This document shows positions 1-10,456 of a stretch of DNA of 64,000 bases, in pieces. The stretch is from contig CAVUZH010000019.1 in assembly GCA_963745835.1 (NCBI GenBank), positions 64,001-128,000 on the forward strand, in the 5' to 3' direction. The notes beneath the pieces were generated by a model. It made no database searches and was not told the origin of the DNA. It saw nothing but the letters and a program-made list of their open reading frames with translations. Numbering within the stretch: the stretch's first letter is position 1; each line of letters begins with the position of its first letter. Origin of the DNA: an uncultured delta proteobacterium (GTDB taxonomy: Bacteria > Desulfobacterota > Binatia > UBA9968). The translations under genes were made by a program, and so were the position numbers.

Positions 1-459
1 GACGGAATTGAAATAGACCCTTAGAAACGGCGCATTGACGAACGGGCACTTGATCGCCTTGACGCTAAAGAGGACATCCTCACCGGTAACCGGGCGCCCG
101 TCCTGAAACCGCGCATCTTTCCGAATCTTGAAAGTATAGCTAAGTTTATCATCGGAAATTTCCGGTCTCGATTCCGCGATCAGCGGCTTCAACTCCAGAG
201 TACGCGGGTCGCGGCTTAAGAGACCCTCGAAAATATAACCGTTGACTTCGCTGGAACCGGCGTCGTTGCTGGTGAGAGGATTGAGCTGTTCAGGATCGCT
301 CAAGGAATGGATGATCAGCCAGTCGCCGTTGACCGGCGGGCCGGCGTTTTTGACATCGACTGTGGCTTGGGAACCGCCGTCGCTAATTTCGCCCTTGTCT
401 CCGCACCCGATCAGCAGGAAACAAGATAATACGACCGCCAAGCCTCTCGTCAGAAGCAT
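1..459 (-). CDS. Peptide/nickel ABC transporter substrate-binding lipoprotein (family 5), N-terminal part, runs off the window edge
   Basis: Manual translation from ATG at 459: MLLTRGLAVVLSCFLLIGC (lipobox)...GDWLIIHSLSDPEQLNPLTSND...IFEGLL...LKPLIAES...YTFKIRKDARFQDGRPVTGEDVLFS, the SBP family 5 signature. Not in the ORF track because no stop codon lies in the window. Confidence 0.9.
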   Translation of the reverse strand, partial: MLLTRGLAVVLSCFLLIGCGDKGEISDGGSQATVDVKNAGPPVNGDWLIIHSLSDPEQLNPLTSNDAGSSEVNGYIFEGLLSRDPRTLELKPLIAESRPEISDDKLSYTFKIRKDARFQDGRPVTGEDVLFSVKAIKCPFVNAPFLRVYFNSV

Positions 460-461
460 CG

Positions 462-1280
462 CTAACCGCCCAGAGTCTCCAGCCGCAGTTCCTCAGCATG
501 AGCCGGCTTTTCCTGTGTAAAGATTTCCGGCGGGAGCGAAGCATTGACCTCGGGCTGTTGATAGCGGATCTCAAGTTTTCGCTTCTGCAGACGTGCCTCA
601 ATCTGGATCCTCGATGGAAATGGGCCGGTCGGCGTTGAAATATAATCCAAAAACTCGGCGCTTAACTCCACTGCGCCGGCGTCATTAAAGCGCTCCCATT
701 TGGTCGGAACCGGGGTTTGCGCCTCGAATGTCACGGCATCTTGCTTGAGTCCGTTTGGCGAGAACACTAGAGCGGGACCCTCCTGCCGCAGCTGCGCGCC
801 TGTGTCAACCGGCGGCAAGCCCAACAGTAACGCGGTCATTTCGGCTAGCTCGAGAGGAATTTGTGTATAGCGCAACAAATTTTCCTTGGTTCGCGGTCCG
901 CGCACAAAGATTCCCTCGCGCGGGTGATATCCAATGATCTCTCGATCATTGACGGTAACGATCAAGACAGCGCCCAGAAAGGTCAGTGTTTCCAGCCGGA
1001 GCCGGTCCGGTCTCTGGACCAGAACTGCTTCTTGCACATTGCCCTTACCGTCCGGCCCGGCATAATCAAGCCGGGCTAAAGCGCGCAACGTGCGAAATTG
1101 TTCATGACGCTTGCTTAGGGAGTTGATCAGCTCGTCCGCTTGCCACTGTTTGGCCGGGAGCTGTGGCTTGGCTGCCGGCGGAGTAACCGTGGCACAGCCG
1201 ACAATCGTCGTGCAAACTGCTGCCAGCCACAGGAGATTCCGCACGCCACCGGATAACCCGCGCAGCCGAGACGCCGTCAA
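462..1280 (-). CDS. LolB-like / DUF4292-like outer-membrane lipoprotein
   Basis: Lipobox IVGC; beta-rich VQRPDRLRLE segment; directly follows a TPR lipoprotein, as in the common TPR-lolB arrangement. Confidence 0.65.
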   Translation of the reverse strand: MTASRLRGLSGGVRNLLWLAAVCTTIVGCATVTPPAAKPQLPAKQWQADELINSLSKRHEQFRTLRALARLDYAGPDGKGNVQEAVLVQRPDRLRLETLTFLGAVLIVTVNDREIIGYHPREGIFVRGPRTKENLLRYTQIPLELAEMTALLLGLPPVDTGAQLRQEGPALVFSPNGLKQDAVTFEAQTPVPTKWERFNDAGAVELSAEFLDYISTPTGPFPSRIQIEARLQKRKLEIRYQQPEVNASLPPEIFTQEKPAHAEELRLETLGG

Positions 1281-3046
1281 ATTTTCTTCTCCAGGCGTTC
1301 GATCTTTTCACGGATTCGTTTGATTTGATCGTCCTCTTTGGATTTTTCGATCGCCTCCCGATAGCTCACCAAGGCACGATCGGATTTTCCAACTTTTACA
1401 TAAGCATCGCCGAGATGCTCGATTATGGTCGGATCCTCGACCGTGATAGCCACGGCGCGCTCTAACTGTTCGACCGCACTGGTGTAGTCACCCTTCTGAA
1501 AATATACCCAGCCAAGACTGTCGATATAAAAGCCGTCGTTAGGCTCAATTTGCAGCGCTCGCTGTATCAACTGTTCCGCTTCATCGAGCCGCACGCCCAT
1601 CTCCGCCCAGGTATAGCCGAGATAGTTAAGCGCCGCGGCGTTCTTCGGATTGAGCTCGATGGCCCGTGTCATGTTGGCGACGCTTTGCTCTTTGTTCTTG
1701 GCTTCATCGTGCAGCGCTCCCAATTGGAAATAGGCCTGATCACTCTTCGGATCCAGGACGATTACGCGCTCCATTGCCTCAATGGCTTTAGGGAAATCCT
1801 TGGCCTTCCGGTACAAGCTCGAAAGAAACGCATAGACTTCTTTGCGGTCGCTTTTCTTGCGCAGCACCGATTGAACCGAATCGATGGCTTTTTGTAACTG
1901 TTCGGTGCGCTCATAGAGATAGGCCATCTGCAAACGACTGTCTAAATACAAGTCGCTCTTCTCGGTAATTCTTGAAAACTCGGCCAGCGCCTTTTCATCG
2001 GCCTTTAATTCTACGTAGGTGGCGCCGAGATAGTACCGCGCCCGGTCGTTCTCAGGATCACCGGCCAAAACCAGATTGAATTCGGTAGCGGCCCGTTCGA
2101 AGTCGCCCTTCTCATAGAAAATGAGTCCGATTTTGATCCGCGTTTCGCGCGGATCCGCTTCGTTGCTTTTCAAATTTTCGAACTGCGCCAGAGCATCGTC
2201 CAATTTGTTTTGGCCGACATAGAGCTCGCCCAGCCGTTTTCGCGCCCAAACATTCTGCGCATTCAGTCCGAGGAGTTTTTGGTAGGTCTGAATGGCGTCT
2301 TCGGTCTTGCCCTGCAGTTCATAGACTAGCGCCAAATCCATCAGCACCGCTTCAGACTTGGGATTCAACTCCAAGGCTCTGCGGTAGCTCTGCTCAGCCG
2401 CTAGATAAAGCTTGGTCTTGGCGCGCACACGCCCGAGATAATAGTGACCCAGCACCGAATCGCTGTCGAGTTTCAGCAGATTATCGAGCATTTCGGTTGC
2501 TCGAGAGGTGTCGTCGTTTTGTAAGTAGAGCGCGCCTAAGTACAGCAGAGCCTCCTGGTTCTTCGGATCGAGTTTGAGAACCTCGTGGTATTCGGCGATG
2601 CCCTTCTGATTTTCCCCCAGGGATGAATAGAGCCCGGCCAGTAGCAAACGGTTTTCCAGGCTATTGGGATCCATCCGTCTTGCAGCCTCAGCTTCCACCA
2701 GCCCTCGTTTAAGATCGCCTTTCCTGACGTAAAGAGTGGCTAAGCGAAAGCGCAGGAACGCATCTTCGGGGTTGACCTCCGCAGCGCTCTCGAATTCCGC
2801 GAGAGCTTCATCAAATCTGCCATCGCCAAGCAGAAGGTTGCCCTTCATGAAATGCGAAAGACCTTTGGATTCAGCCGGGATCTCGACTCGTTGGTGCTGC
2901 ACGAAAGGGGCTTCAGAAGTTCCGAACAGCCCGTTGGCGGGAGCTTTGATCACGGGACTGCGGAAGGCGCAACCGGACAAGATCAAAATTCCGACAACGC
3001 TCCCGTAAAACCGTGTTCTCATCATCGACTTGGTTAACATACTCAC
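1277..3046 (-). CDS. Tetratricopeptide-repeat lipoprotein
   Basis: Lipobox LSGC; many TPRs; C-terminal ALNYLGY...DSLGW motifs. The true start may be ATG at 3040, 3025 or 3022. Confidence 0.9.
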   Translation of the reverse strand: MSMLTKSMMRTRFYGSVVGILILSGCAFRSPVIKAPANGLFGTSEAPFVQHQRVEIPAESKGLSHFMKGNLLLGDGRFDEALAEFESAAEVNPEDAFLRFRLATLYVRKGDLKRGLVEAEAARRMDPNSLENRLLLAGLYSSLGENQKGIAEYHEVLKLDPKNQEALLYLGALYLQNDDTSRATEMLDNLLKLDSDSVLGHYYLGRVRAKTKLYLAAEQSYRRALELNPKSEAVLMDLALVYELQGKTEDAIQTYQKLLGLNAQNVWARKRLGELYVGQNKLDDALAQFENLKSNEADPRETRIKIGLIFYEKGDFERAATEFNLVLAGDPENDRARYYLGATYVELKADEKALAEFSRITEKSDLYLDSRLQMAYLYERTEQLQKAIDSVQSVLRKKSDRKEVYAFLSSLYRKAKDFPKAIEAMERVIVLDPKSDQAYFQLGALHDEAKNKEQSVANMTRAIELNPKNAAALNYLGYTWAEMGVRLDEAEQLIQRALQIEPNDGFYIDSLGWVYFQKGDYTSAVEQLERAVAITVEDPTIIEHLGDAYVKVGKSDRALVSYREAIEKSKEDDQIKRIREKIERLEKKI

Positions 3047-3146
3047 CAGAGTCGGTCAATGAACGACGCTCCAGCAAGCTTCATTCAGCGCGCCAACTAT
3101 GCTAATTCTGATTAATTCAGCGAGTGAAGTTTAATTAGTTGATTCT

Positions 3147-5162
3147 ATGGCAAAAAATCTTGAAAGTGCGGCCGAGAACGAGATTATCGCGCTGCGCCAA
3201 CAGCTTGAGAAGCACAACTATCACTACCATGTGCTCGACAATCCGTTGATCAGTGATGCCGAGTACGACCGGCTATTCCACCGCCTGATCGAACTCGAAG
3301 CGGCTCATCCACAATTTGCTGCGCCGAATTCACCAACTCAAAAAATCGGCGCGCCGCCTTTGGACAAGTTCAGGACGGTCCGGCATAGCTTGCCGATGTT
3401 GTCGCTCAGCAATGCCAACGATCAAAAAGATCTCACAGAGTTCGAAGAACGAATAGCCAGGTTTCTAAGGTCAACGGAACCGATCGAATACTTGGTCGAG
3501 CCCAAAATCGACGGTGTTGCCGTGGAGCTGGTCTATGTTGACGGCCGGTTCACTGTTGGCTCAACTCGCGGCGATGGCATCAACGGCGAGGATATCACGC
3601 TCAATCTCAAAACCATCCGCTCGATCCCGCTGGTGTTGCGCGGCGGAACCGGCCCCGCGCCAGAGCGGCTTGAAGTCCGCGGCGAGGTTTTCCTTTCGCG
3701 CGCGGCCTTCCAGAGAATGAATCGTGAACGCGAGGAAGCGGGACAACCGGTCTTCGCCAATCCGCGTAATGCCGCCGCCGGCTCGTTGAAGCAACTCGAT
3801 TCGACATTGACCGCGAAGAGGCCTCTGGATGTCTTTTTTCATGGGACGGGGGTCGTCGCCGGAACCAGCTTGGCGAGTCACAGTGAGTTTCGCGCGGCGA
3901 TTCAGGAGTGGGGCTTAAAGCCGGTGCCGTTTGCGCGTCTCTGCCGCGGCATTGACGATATTCTGAAATTTCGCGACGACATGGAGAGCCGGCGTGATGA
4001 ACTTCCGTACGAGATCGACGGCTTGGTAGTCAAAGTCAATCTTCAAGAGCTGCAACGCCGGCTCGGCGAAATCGCTCGCTCGCCGCGCTGGGCGATTGCC
4101 TATAAATTCAAACCGCGCCAGGCGACAACCCGCATCCTCGACATCCAACCCCAGGTCGGCCGCACCGGCACGTTGACTCCGGTCGCCAGCCTGGAACCCG
4201 TCGCCATCGGTGGCGTCATGGTGAAAAGCGCATCTTTGCACAACATGGATGAAATTAACCGCAAAGACATTCGCATCGGCGACACCGTGTTGGTCGAGCG
4301 CGCCGGCGACGTCATTCCTTACGTGGTGAAAGTGATCACCGAGAAAAGAACCGGGCAAGAGAAACATTTTTGCATGCCCGAGCACTGTCCGGTATGCGGC
4401 GCGGCAGTTTACCGCGAGGAAGGCGAGGCGGCTTACCGCTGCATCGGTATTTCGTGTCCGGCGCAGCTCAAGGAAAGTGTAAAATTTTTCGGTTCGCGCA
4501 ACGCTATGGATATCGAGGGACTTGGTGACAAGCTAATCGATCAACTGGTCGAACGGGGCGCGGTCAAAGATCTCGGCGATCTTTATAGCCTGACAGAAGA
4601 GCAATTGGCGAGCATGGATCGCATGGCGAAAAAATCGGCGCAAAACCTGCTCGCTGCTTTGCAACGCAGCAAGGATTCGACTCTCACTCGTTTTTTGACC
4701 GCTCTGGGCATTCGGCACGTTGGCGAAGCCACCGCGAAACTCTTGACCGAGCACTTCGGCGACCTGAATACGATTATGAATGCAGGGGAGGAGAAATTGA
4801 TGGAGGTGCGCGAGATCGGCCCGGAGGTAGCCAAAAGTATCGCGCGGTTTTTCTCCCAAGACGAAAACCGTCAAGTGATCGTTAAACTTTTAGAGGCCGG
4901 CATTCGCTTCAAGGCGGAGAGTATCAAACGAGGCGCTCTTTCCGGTTCGACGTTCGTCCTCACCGGTGGTCTCGAGACCATGTCGAGGGTGGAAGCGCAG
5001 CGCCGTATCGAAGCCCTGGGCGGCAGGGTGAGCAGCGCCGTCAGCCGCAATAGCAACTATGTTGTCGCTGGTTCGGAGCCGGGCTCCAAACTCAAGAAGG
5101 CTCGAGAGCTCGGCGTCCGAATCATCGATGAGCAAGAGCTGCTAAAGCTCCTGATAACCTGA
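3147..5162 (+). CDS. ligA: NAD-dependent DNA ligase
   Basis: KIDG adenylation motif, [10 protein letters not shown], Zn finger CPVCG...C...CPAQ, HhH repeats, C-terminal BRCT. Confidence 0.98.
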   Translation: MAKNLESAAENEIIALRQQLEKHNYHYHVLDNPLISDAEYDRLFHRLIELEAAHPQFAAPNSPTQKIGAPPLDKFRTVRHSLPMLSLSNANDQKDLTEFEERIARFLRSTEPIEYLVEPKIDGVAVELVYVDGRFTVGSTRGDGINGEDITLNLKTIRSIPLVLRGGTGPAPERLEVRGEVFLSRAAFQRMNREREEAGQPVFANPRNAAAGSLKQLDSTLTAKRPLDVFFHGTGVVAGTSLASHSEFRAAIQEWGLKPVPFARLCRGIDDILKFRDDMESRRDELPYEIDGLVVKVNLQELQRRLGEIARSPRWAIAYKFKPRQATTRILDIQPQVGRTGTLTPVASLEPVAIGGVMVKSASLHNMDEINRKDIRIGDTVLVERAGDVIPYVVKVITEKRTGQEKHFCMPEHCPVCGAAVYREEGEAAYRCIGISCPAQLKESVKFFGSRNAMDIEGLGDKLIDQLVERGAVKDLGDLYSLTEEQLASMDRMAKKSAQNLLAALQRSKDSTLTRFLTALGIRHVGEATAKLLTEHFGDLNTIMNAGEEKLMEVREIGPEVAKSIARFFSQDENRQVIVKLLEAGIRFKAESIKRGALSGSTFVLTGGLETMSRVEAQRRIEALGGRVSSAVSRNSNYVVAGSEPGSKLKKARELGVRIIDEQELLKLLIT

Positions 5163-5474
5163 TTAGTAACGATCCCGACGGGGTCTGCCGGCACCTCCGC
5201 CGCCACCGAACCCAGACTCTCGCGGCGCCTGCGGACGAGCCTCGCTGACGACCACGTTACGTCCTTCGAAATCGGTTCCGTTCAGAGCGTTAATGGCGCG
5301 CTCGGCTTCAGCATCGGAACTCATCTCGACAAAGCCAAACCCTTTGGAACGGCCCGTGAACTTATCGGTAACGATACGAGCGCTGATCACCGAGCCGTGC
5401 TGCGCAAAATGCTGCTGCAATCTCTCTTCGGTCACCGAATACGGCAGGTTGCCGACATACAATTTGGCTCCCAT
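5163..5474 (-). CDS. RRM-domain RNA-binding protein
   Basis: RNP2 LYVGNL and RNP1 KGFGFVEM; Gly/Arg-rich tail. Confidence 0.95.
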   Translation of the reverse strand: MGAKLYVGNLPYSVTEERLQQHFAQHGSVISARIVTDKFTGRSKGFGFVEMSSDAEAERAINALNGTDFEGRNVVVSEARPQAPRESGFGGGGGAGRPRRDRY

Positions 5475-5700
5475 CAGACCCTCCTTTTTGATTCACGAGT
5501 GCGCATTTGCGCGGATCGAGTCGCCAAAGGGCAGGGCCTAAATCGGTCTGGAGGACCACGGCACGGGCTCTTCGGTAAACCCTTAGAACCGGCGAAAGCC
5601 TATCGAAACTGCGGGGCGGTTGTCAAATAATTTTGCGGCCGTAATCGCTGAGTCAAACGGCTTGCGCCAGAACGGTGGCTGCGTTAGAAAACCGGCAGCA

Positions 5701-5988
5701 ATGCCAACCATTCCGTCCCATGCGCGTATTCGGTTGATTGTGAAAGGTCGAGTGCAGGGTGTCTATTTTCGTGCCTCCACAGCGCAACAGGCGCGGCACT
5801 TGAGCCTGACCGGCTGGGTCATGAATCGCCACGATGGTTCAGTGGAGCTGGTGGCCGAAGGGCGATCGGAAAGCATCGAAGAACTCATCGCCTGGTGCCG
5901 CCAGGGACCGCCAGGAGCTCGAGTCGATGAAGTGGATTTGCAGCGGCACGGCTTTCGAGGAGAGTTTAATGAATTTCGAATAAGATAA
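5701..5988 (+). CDS. acyP: Acylphosphatase
   Basis: GRVQGVYFR and GWVMN...DGSVE motifs; start placed at ATG 5701. Confidence 0.92.
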   Translation: MPTIPSHARIRLIVKGRVQGVYFRASTAQQARHLSLTGWVMNRHDGSVELVAEGRSESIEELIAWCRQGPPGARVDEVDLQRHGFRGEFNEFRIR

Positions 5989-6021
5989 CCGACCAGCAGC
6001 TCTCACGAAGCTCGTCGTAAA

Positions 6022-6050
6022 CAACAAGGGGGCACAAAGCCCCCTTGTTG
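6022..6050. terminator. Hairpin, likely an intrinsic terminator between convergent genes
   Basis: Perfect 12-bp stem CAACAAGGGGGC-ACAAA-GCCCCCTTGTTG, followed by T residues on the minus strand. Confidence 0.7.
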
Positions 6051-6074
6051 CAAGCTGAGATCAACTTCTGCGGA

Positions 6075-6197
6075 TCAGTCCCCTTCGGGCTTCTTGGGTT
6101 TGGGATCTTCGTCTTGGGCGCTCACGGGCGTGGCCAGATCGACGATCGAACTCACGACGGTCACTCCCAACAACAATGCAAAAAGCAATTTTTTCAT
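6075..6197 (-). CDS. 40-aa secreted micro-protein (signal peptide plus ~13-aa charged, Pro-rich mature peptide)
   Basis: MKKLLFALLLGVTVVSSIVDLATPVSAQDEDPKPKKPEGD*; strong RBS AGGAGGAG upstream; sigma-54 promoter upstream and hairpin terminator downstream. Confidence 0.8.
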   Translation of the reverse strand: MKKLLFALLLGVTVVSSIVDLATPVSAQDEDPKPKKPEGD

Positions 6198-6275
6198 GTC
6201 AGCTCCTCCTTTCTAAATTTTCGAATCTAAAAGTTTGCGGAGTCCCGAATAGGCGATTGGTATTCGGCAGTAGAC

Positions 6276-6291
6276 GCAAGCGACGTGCCCG
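6276..6291 (-). promoter_or_regulatory. Sigma-54 (-24/-12) promoter of the micro-protein gene
   Basis: Minus strand reads CGGGCACGTCGCTTGC: GG-N10-GC, close to TGGCACGNNNNTTGC. Confidence 0.75.
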
Positions 6292-6363
6292 CGAACCTCG
6301 GCTGATGTTCTTGGAATAAACGCGAATGTTCAGTGGCTTTGCGCCGGGCTCGGCAATTCTTTC

Positions 6364-6481
6364 CGTTGTAATATGCAACGCGCTAAGAGCCTGTGCGCCC
6401 CTGGAATAGTCTCAATTGCCTGAATAACCGCGAGAAATTTCAATGATTGTGAAAAACCACACGCTGTCGTAAGTTGCCACA
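6364..6481. promoter_or_regulatory. Pair of 17-bp imperfect palindromes, candidate enhancer (UAS) sites
   Basis: CGTTGTAATATGCAACG (6364-6380) and TGTCGTAAGTTGCCACA (6465-6481) share GTyGTAAnnTGCnAC and lie between two divergent sigma-54 promoters. Confidence 0.55.
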
Positions 6482-6553
6482 GAGTTCGTCGATATTTTTA
6501 TGCGAATATGCCGAGACTTTGATTTTTAACGCTATTGCGATTAGCGATGAACG

Positions 6554-6569
6554 CGGTATAGGCCTTGCT
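6554..6569 (+). promoter_or_regulatory. Putative sigma-54 promoter of the two-component operon
   Basis: CGGTATAGGCCTTGCT: GG-N10-GC with TTGC, 27 nt upstream of the kinase ATG. Confidence 0.55.
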
Positions 6570-6595
6570 CCTTCGATGACTGCAAAACTGCGCAC

Positions 6596-8128
6596 ATGAA
6601 ACTGGGAACCAAATTGATCGTCTCATTGGTCGTAATCATCATGGTGACGATGACTGTTCATGGCTACCTGAGTATTCAGCAGGATCGAGAAAACGCTATG
6701 AGAGAAATGCGGGTCGGCATGCGCGGTTTCTCCCGAGCCATTCACGCTGTTCTCCGGGATCTGTATGCCGATGGTCACAACCTTAATGCGACTCAGGAAT
6801 TCGCCAATACGGTAGGACCACGAGGAAACATCCACGGCCTGATTGTCTATAACGCGGATGCCGAGCGCGTAGCGGTCTCATCCTCGCTTAGGTATCCTGA
6901 CGATTTTGCCGAACTGCACCCTGCTGCCATTCTGGAACTGGATCCGCGACCAGCTCTCAGGGAACCCAACGGGGTAGAGGGTTATGTGCGCGAAAGTGGC
7001 ATTTTGGTCTACTACCGTATCGAGCCGTTTAGCGCGAGTGATGGCCAGATTGCCGGCGCCTTTGTCTTAGCGCGTCAAGGATCTCAGTTGATCAGCAACA
7101 TCGAAGCGCGACGTCAGCGAATCATCGGAACCAGCGCCGCACTGGTCATTCTTTTGTCTGTTCTCATTCTGATCATCGTACGCCGCAATATCACCCTGCC
7201 CATCAATCAGCTGGTGCAACGCGTTCGGGAGATCGGCCGCGGTCGTTGGGAGCAGCGCATCGAAATCAAAGGTCGGGACGAAATTGCCGCGCTGGCTGGA
7301 GAGTTCAACACCATGTCGGAAGAACTCAATCGGAGTTATTCCAAATTCTTGGAAGAGCAGCAACAAAAGCTAAAGCTAGAAAGAGATCTGCGCCACTCTG
7401 AACGCTTGGCATCCGTAGGCCACTTGGCCGCGGGTCTTGCCCATGAGATCGGCACGCCATTGAGCATCGTTCGCGGCAGAGCTGAATACCTGTTGCGCCG
7501 GCCGCGCAGCAGCGAAGAACTCGCCGGCAACCTCGAGGTGATCCGCTCGCAAAGCGACCGCATCACCGCCATCGTGCGTCAACTGCTGGAGTTTTCCCGC
7601 CGTCGGGAACCGATGTTTCGATCGGTCGACCTATCGGAGTTGATCAACCATGTGCGTTATCTTCTGGAACACCAACTATTCGACAAGAGCCTTAAGGTTG
7701 AGATCCATGTCGCGCCGAAGCCGTTGCTCATTCAAGCCGATCCGGATCTGCTCCAACAAGTGTTCATCAATTTGTTCGCCAATTCTCTCCACGCGCTTGG
7801 CCCCGAGGGAGCGATCAAAGTTCGCGCCTCATCCGCGCCCTCTATGAACGGACAAGGCGGCGTTCGAATTGTCTTTGAAGATAACGGGATCGGTATCGCG
7901 CCCGAAATCATTGATCATGTGTTCGATCCTTTTTTTACTACCAAGGATGTCGGCGAAGGAGCCGGACTCGGGCTGGCGGTAACCTACGGCATCATTAAAG
8001 AGCATGGCGGCGAGATTACCGTAGAAAGCGAACCTGGAAAGTTTACTCGCTTCCTCATCCATCTGCCTCAAGGACGACAGAAAGCAGCGCTGATTCAGGG
8101 CAATCTGGAAAATGGCACCCGACTCTAA
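6596..8128 (+). CDS. Membrane sensor histidine kinase (NtrB/ZraS-like) with periplasmic domain and HAMP
   Basis: Two TM helices, HAMP (DEIAALAGEFN), H-box AHEIGTP, N-box, DNGIG, FDPFFTTK and GAGLGL. Confidence 0.95.
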   Translation: MKLGTKLIVSLVVIIMVTMTVHGYLSIQQDRENAMREMRVGMRGFSRAIHAVLRDLYADGHNLNATQEFANTVGPRGNIHGLIVYNADAERVAVSSSLRYPDDFAELHPAAILELDPRPALREPNGVEGYVRESGILVYYRIEPFSASDGQIAGAFVLARQGSQLISNIEARRQRIIGTSAALVILLSVLILIIVRRNITLPINQLVQRVREIGRGRWEQRIEIKGRDEIAALAGEFNTMSEELNRSYSKFLEEQQQKLKLERDLRHSERLASVGHLAAGLAHEIGTPLSIVRGRAEYLLRRPRSSEELAGNLEVIRSQSDRITAIVRQLLEFSRRREPMFRSVDLSELINHVRYLLEHQLFDKSLKVEIHVAPKPLLIQADPDLLQQVFINLFANSLHALGPEGAIKVRASSAPSMNGQGGVRIVFEDNGIGIAPEIIDHVFDPFFTTKDVGEGAGLGLAVTYGIIKEHGGEITVESEPGKFTRFLIHLPQGRQKAALIQGNLENGTRL

Positions 8129-9500
8129 ACTACACGCCGCTACGCGCGGCCGGATCCTGATTGTCGATGATGATCGGCAGATGTGCCAGCTGCTCGTCGA
8201 TGTGCTGGCCGAAGAAGGCCATCTCGTTGAAGCAGTGCATGACGGCCGATCCGCGCTGGAGAAGTTTCGCGCAAACGGTTGCGACTTGATGATCACCGAT
8301 TTGATGATGCCACGAATGCGCGGCACGGAACTGGTTAAAGAGGTTAAAGGGATCGATCCCGACGCGGTAATTCTTTTGATCACGGCCTTCGGCAGCATTG
8401 AAAGCGCAGTCGAGGCAATGAAAGCGGGCGCCTTTCATTATGTGACTAAACCGTTTCGCACCGACGAAATGATTTTACATGTGAGCCGCGGGCTGCAGCA
8501 GCGCCGGCTCTGTGAAGAAGTGCAGCGGCTTCGCAGTGAGATACTGGAGCGCAATAGTTTTGAGAACATCATCGGCAAGAGCGAGAAGATGCGGGAAGTT
8601 TTCTCAATCGTCCGGCAAACCAGCGATCTTGCCGCCAATGTGCTCATCCTCGGTGAAAGCGGCACCGGCAAGGAAATGGTCGCGCGCGCGATTCACCATC
8701 ATAGCTGGCGCGCCCAAGGGCCCTTTATACCGCTCAACTGCGCTGCCGTCCCGGAGACCCTGCTTGAGAGCGAGCTCTTTGGCTATTTGCGCGGCACGTT
8801 CACCGATGCGCGCAAAGACCGGCGCGGACTCTTCCAGGAAGCCAGCGGCGGCATCCTTTTTCTCGATGAAATCAGCGAGATTCCGATCAACCTGCAGGCC
8901 AAGCTGTTACGCGTCATCGAAGATAAGGAAGTGAGGCCGTTGGGAGCCAATCAGTCGGAAAAAGTCGACACACGCATTGTTTCAGCCTGCAACCTCGATC
9001 TTGAACATTTGGTCGAACAAGGCCGGTTCCGGCAGGACCTCTATTACCGGCTGAATGTTATTCGCATCGAATTGCCGCCGCTACGCGAGCGGTCGGAGGA
9101 TATTCCGCTTCTCGCAGAGCACTTCTTGCACAAATTTGCGCCTCAGGCGAAACGAGAGATAGACTCCATCGACCAGGAGGCGCTGGCTGCGTTGATGAAT
9201 TATCGCTGGCCGGGGAATGTGCGGGAGTTGGAGCACACCATCGAGCGAGCGGTGCTGCTTGGCAAAGAGATCAGCATCGGCTTGAAAGATTTGCCGTTGC
9301 AGTCGCAGGTTACTGATGGAAGTTCTGTGCCGCTCGCGGCCGCTGTGGCAAACGGATACACCCTTAGAGATCTGGAAAGAGAATATATTTTGCGGGTCAT
9401 CGAGAGCACGTATGGGAATAAAGCCGAAGCGGCTCGGATACTGGGCGTAGATCGGACGACCCTGTATCGAAAATTAGAAGAGTACAAGGTCAAGACTTAA
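8112..9500 (+). CDS. Sigma-54-dependent response regulator (NtrC/ZraR family)
   Basis: Receiver domain (DD...D...K), Walker A GESGTGKE, ESELFG followed by GTFTDA (GAFTGA variant), WPGNVREL, Fis-type HTH. Confidence 0.95.
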   Translation: MAPDSKLHAATRGRILIVDDDRQMCQLLVDVLAEEGHLVEAVHDGRSALEKFRANGCDLMITDLMMPRMRGTELVKEVKGIDPDAVILLITAFGSIESAVEAMKAGAFHYVTKPFRTDEMILHVSRGLQQRRLCEEVQRLRSEILERNSFENIIGKSEKMREVFSIVRQTSDLAANVLILGESGTGKEMVARAIHHHSWRAQGPFIPLNCAAVPETLLESELFGYLRGTFTDARKDRRGLFQEASGGILFLDEISEIPINLQAKLLRVIEDKEVRPLGANQSEKVDTRIVSACNLDLEHLVEQGRFRQDLYYRLNVIRIELPPLRERSEDIPLLAEHFLHKFAPQAKREIDSIDQEALAALMNYRWPGNVRELEHTIERAVLLGKEISIGLKDLPLQSQVTDGSSVPLAAAVANGYTLRDLEREYILRVIESTYGNKAEAARILGVDRTTLYRKLEEYKVKT

Positions 9501-10329
9501 CGTTCCTGTCCTGATCCATAGCTAAGCCGTAGATCTGGCGTTTAGAATATCCGTATTTCTCGCCGAGCACTTCGGCGACCTCTTTCACCCGCAGCCCGTC
9601 GGCTAGGAGTTTCGTAATTTCCTCGCGCAGTGCCCCTTCGGAAGGAGCATGCAGGTCGGAGCAGCCTTCAATGATGAGCGTTACTTCTCCGCGAATCTCT
9701 CGCCCACCGACTTCTCCGATCACTTCGCTGATGCGGCCGCGGAGAAACTCCTCATGAATCTTGGTAACCTCGCGCGCCAGGACCATGCGGCGGTCGCCAA
9801 GAATTTCACGAATGTCATCGAGCGATTCCTTGAGTCGGTGCGGCGTCTCGTAGACGACCAGGCTATAGCGGTCGACACGAAGCTCTTGCAGCTTCGACCT
9901 CCTCTCCCGTTTTCGTGCCGGTAGAAATCCCCTGAAACTGAATCCGTCGGTGGGCAGACCGCTGGCGCTGAGAGCCGCGATCAATGCCGACGGACCCGGA
10001 ATCGGTACAACGGGAATGCCCATGCGAGTGGCTTCGACAACTAAGCGGTAGCCGGGATCGGCGATCGCCGGTGTGCCCGCGTCCGAGACTAGGGCGATGC
10101 TTTCGCCGCGCTCGAGGCGAGCGACCAATTGGGCCGTCTTGGCTCGTTCATTGTGCTCGTGATAACTGGTTAAACGCGTGTTGATGGTGAAGTGCCGCAG
10201 TAGGGTTTGTGTGTGCCGGGTGTCTTCGGCGGCAATGATATCGGCGCCCTTCAGAATTCGGATTGCCCGTAGCGTGATGTCTTCGAGATTACCTATCGGC
10301 GTTGCGACGATGTACAGAGTGCCGGGCAT
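9490..10329 (-). CDS. rsmI: 16S rRNA (cytidine1402-2'-O)-methyltransferase
   Basis: LYIVATPIGNLEDIT, AAEDTR, SDAGTP, RE-x-TK-x-HEE motifs; start reset to ATG 10329. Confidence 0.96.
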   Translation of the reverse strand: MPGTLYIVATPIGNLEDITLRAIRILKGADIIAAEDTRHTQTLLRHFTINTRLTSYHEHNERAKTAQLVARLERGESIALVSDAGTPAIADPGYRLVVEATRMGIPVVPIPGPSALIAALSASGLPTDGFSFRGFLPARKRERRSKLQELRVDRYSLVVYETPHRLKESLDDIREILGDRRMVLAREVTKIHEEFLRGRISEVIGEVGGREIRGEVTLIIEGCSDLHAPSEGALREEITKLLADGLRVKEVAEVLGEKYGYSKRQIYGLAMDQDRNVKS

Positions 10330-10456
10330 AAAGTACCCCTCAACTAACACACGACATAAATTTATTTCAAATTTGCGCTGCCTTTGAAAATATGCGGAAT
10401 TTATCCGTCTTTCATAGTAACATCTGGTTATCAATTCCAATAAGGGAGCAAATTCG

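Noticed and set aside
6045-6230. 61-aa plus-strand ORF
   Set aside because: Starts inside a terminator hairpin and is antisense to the better supported micro-protein gene.
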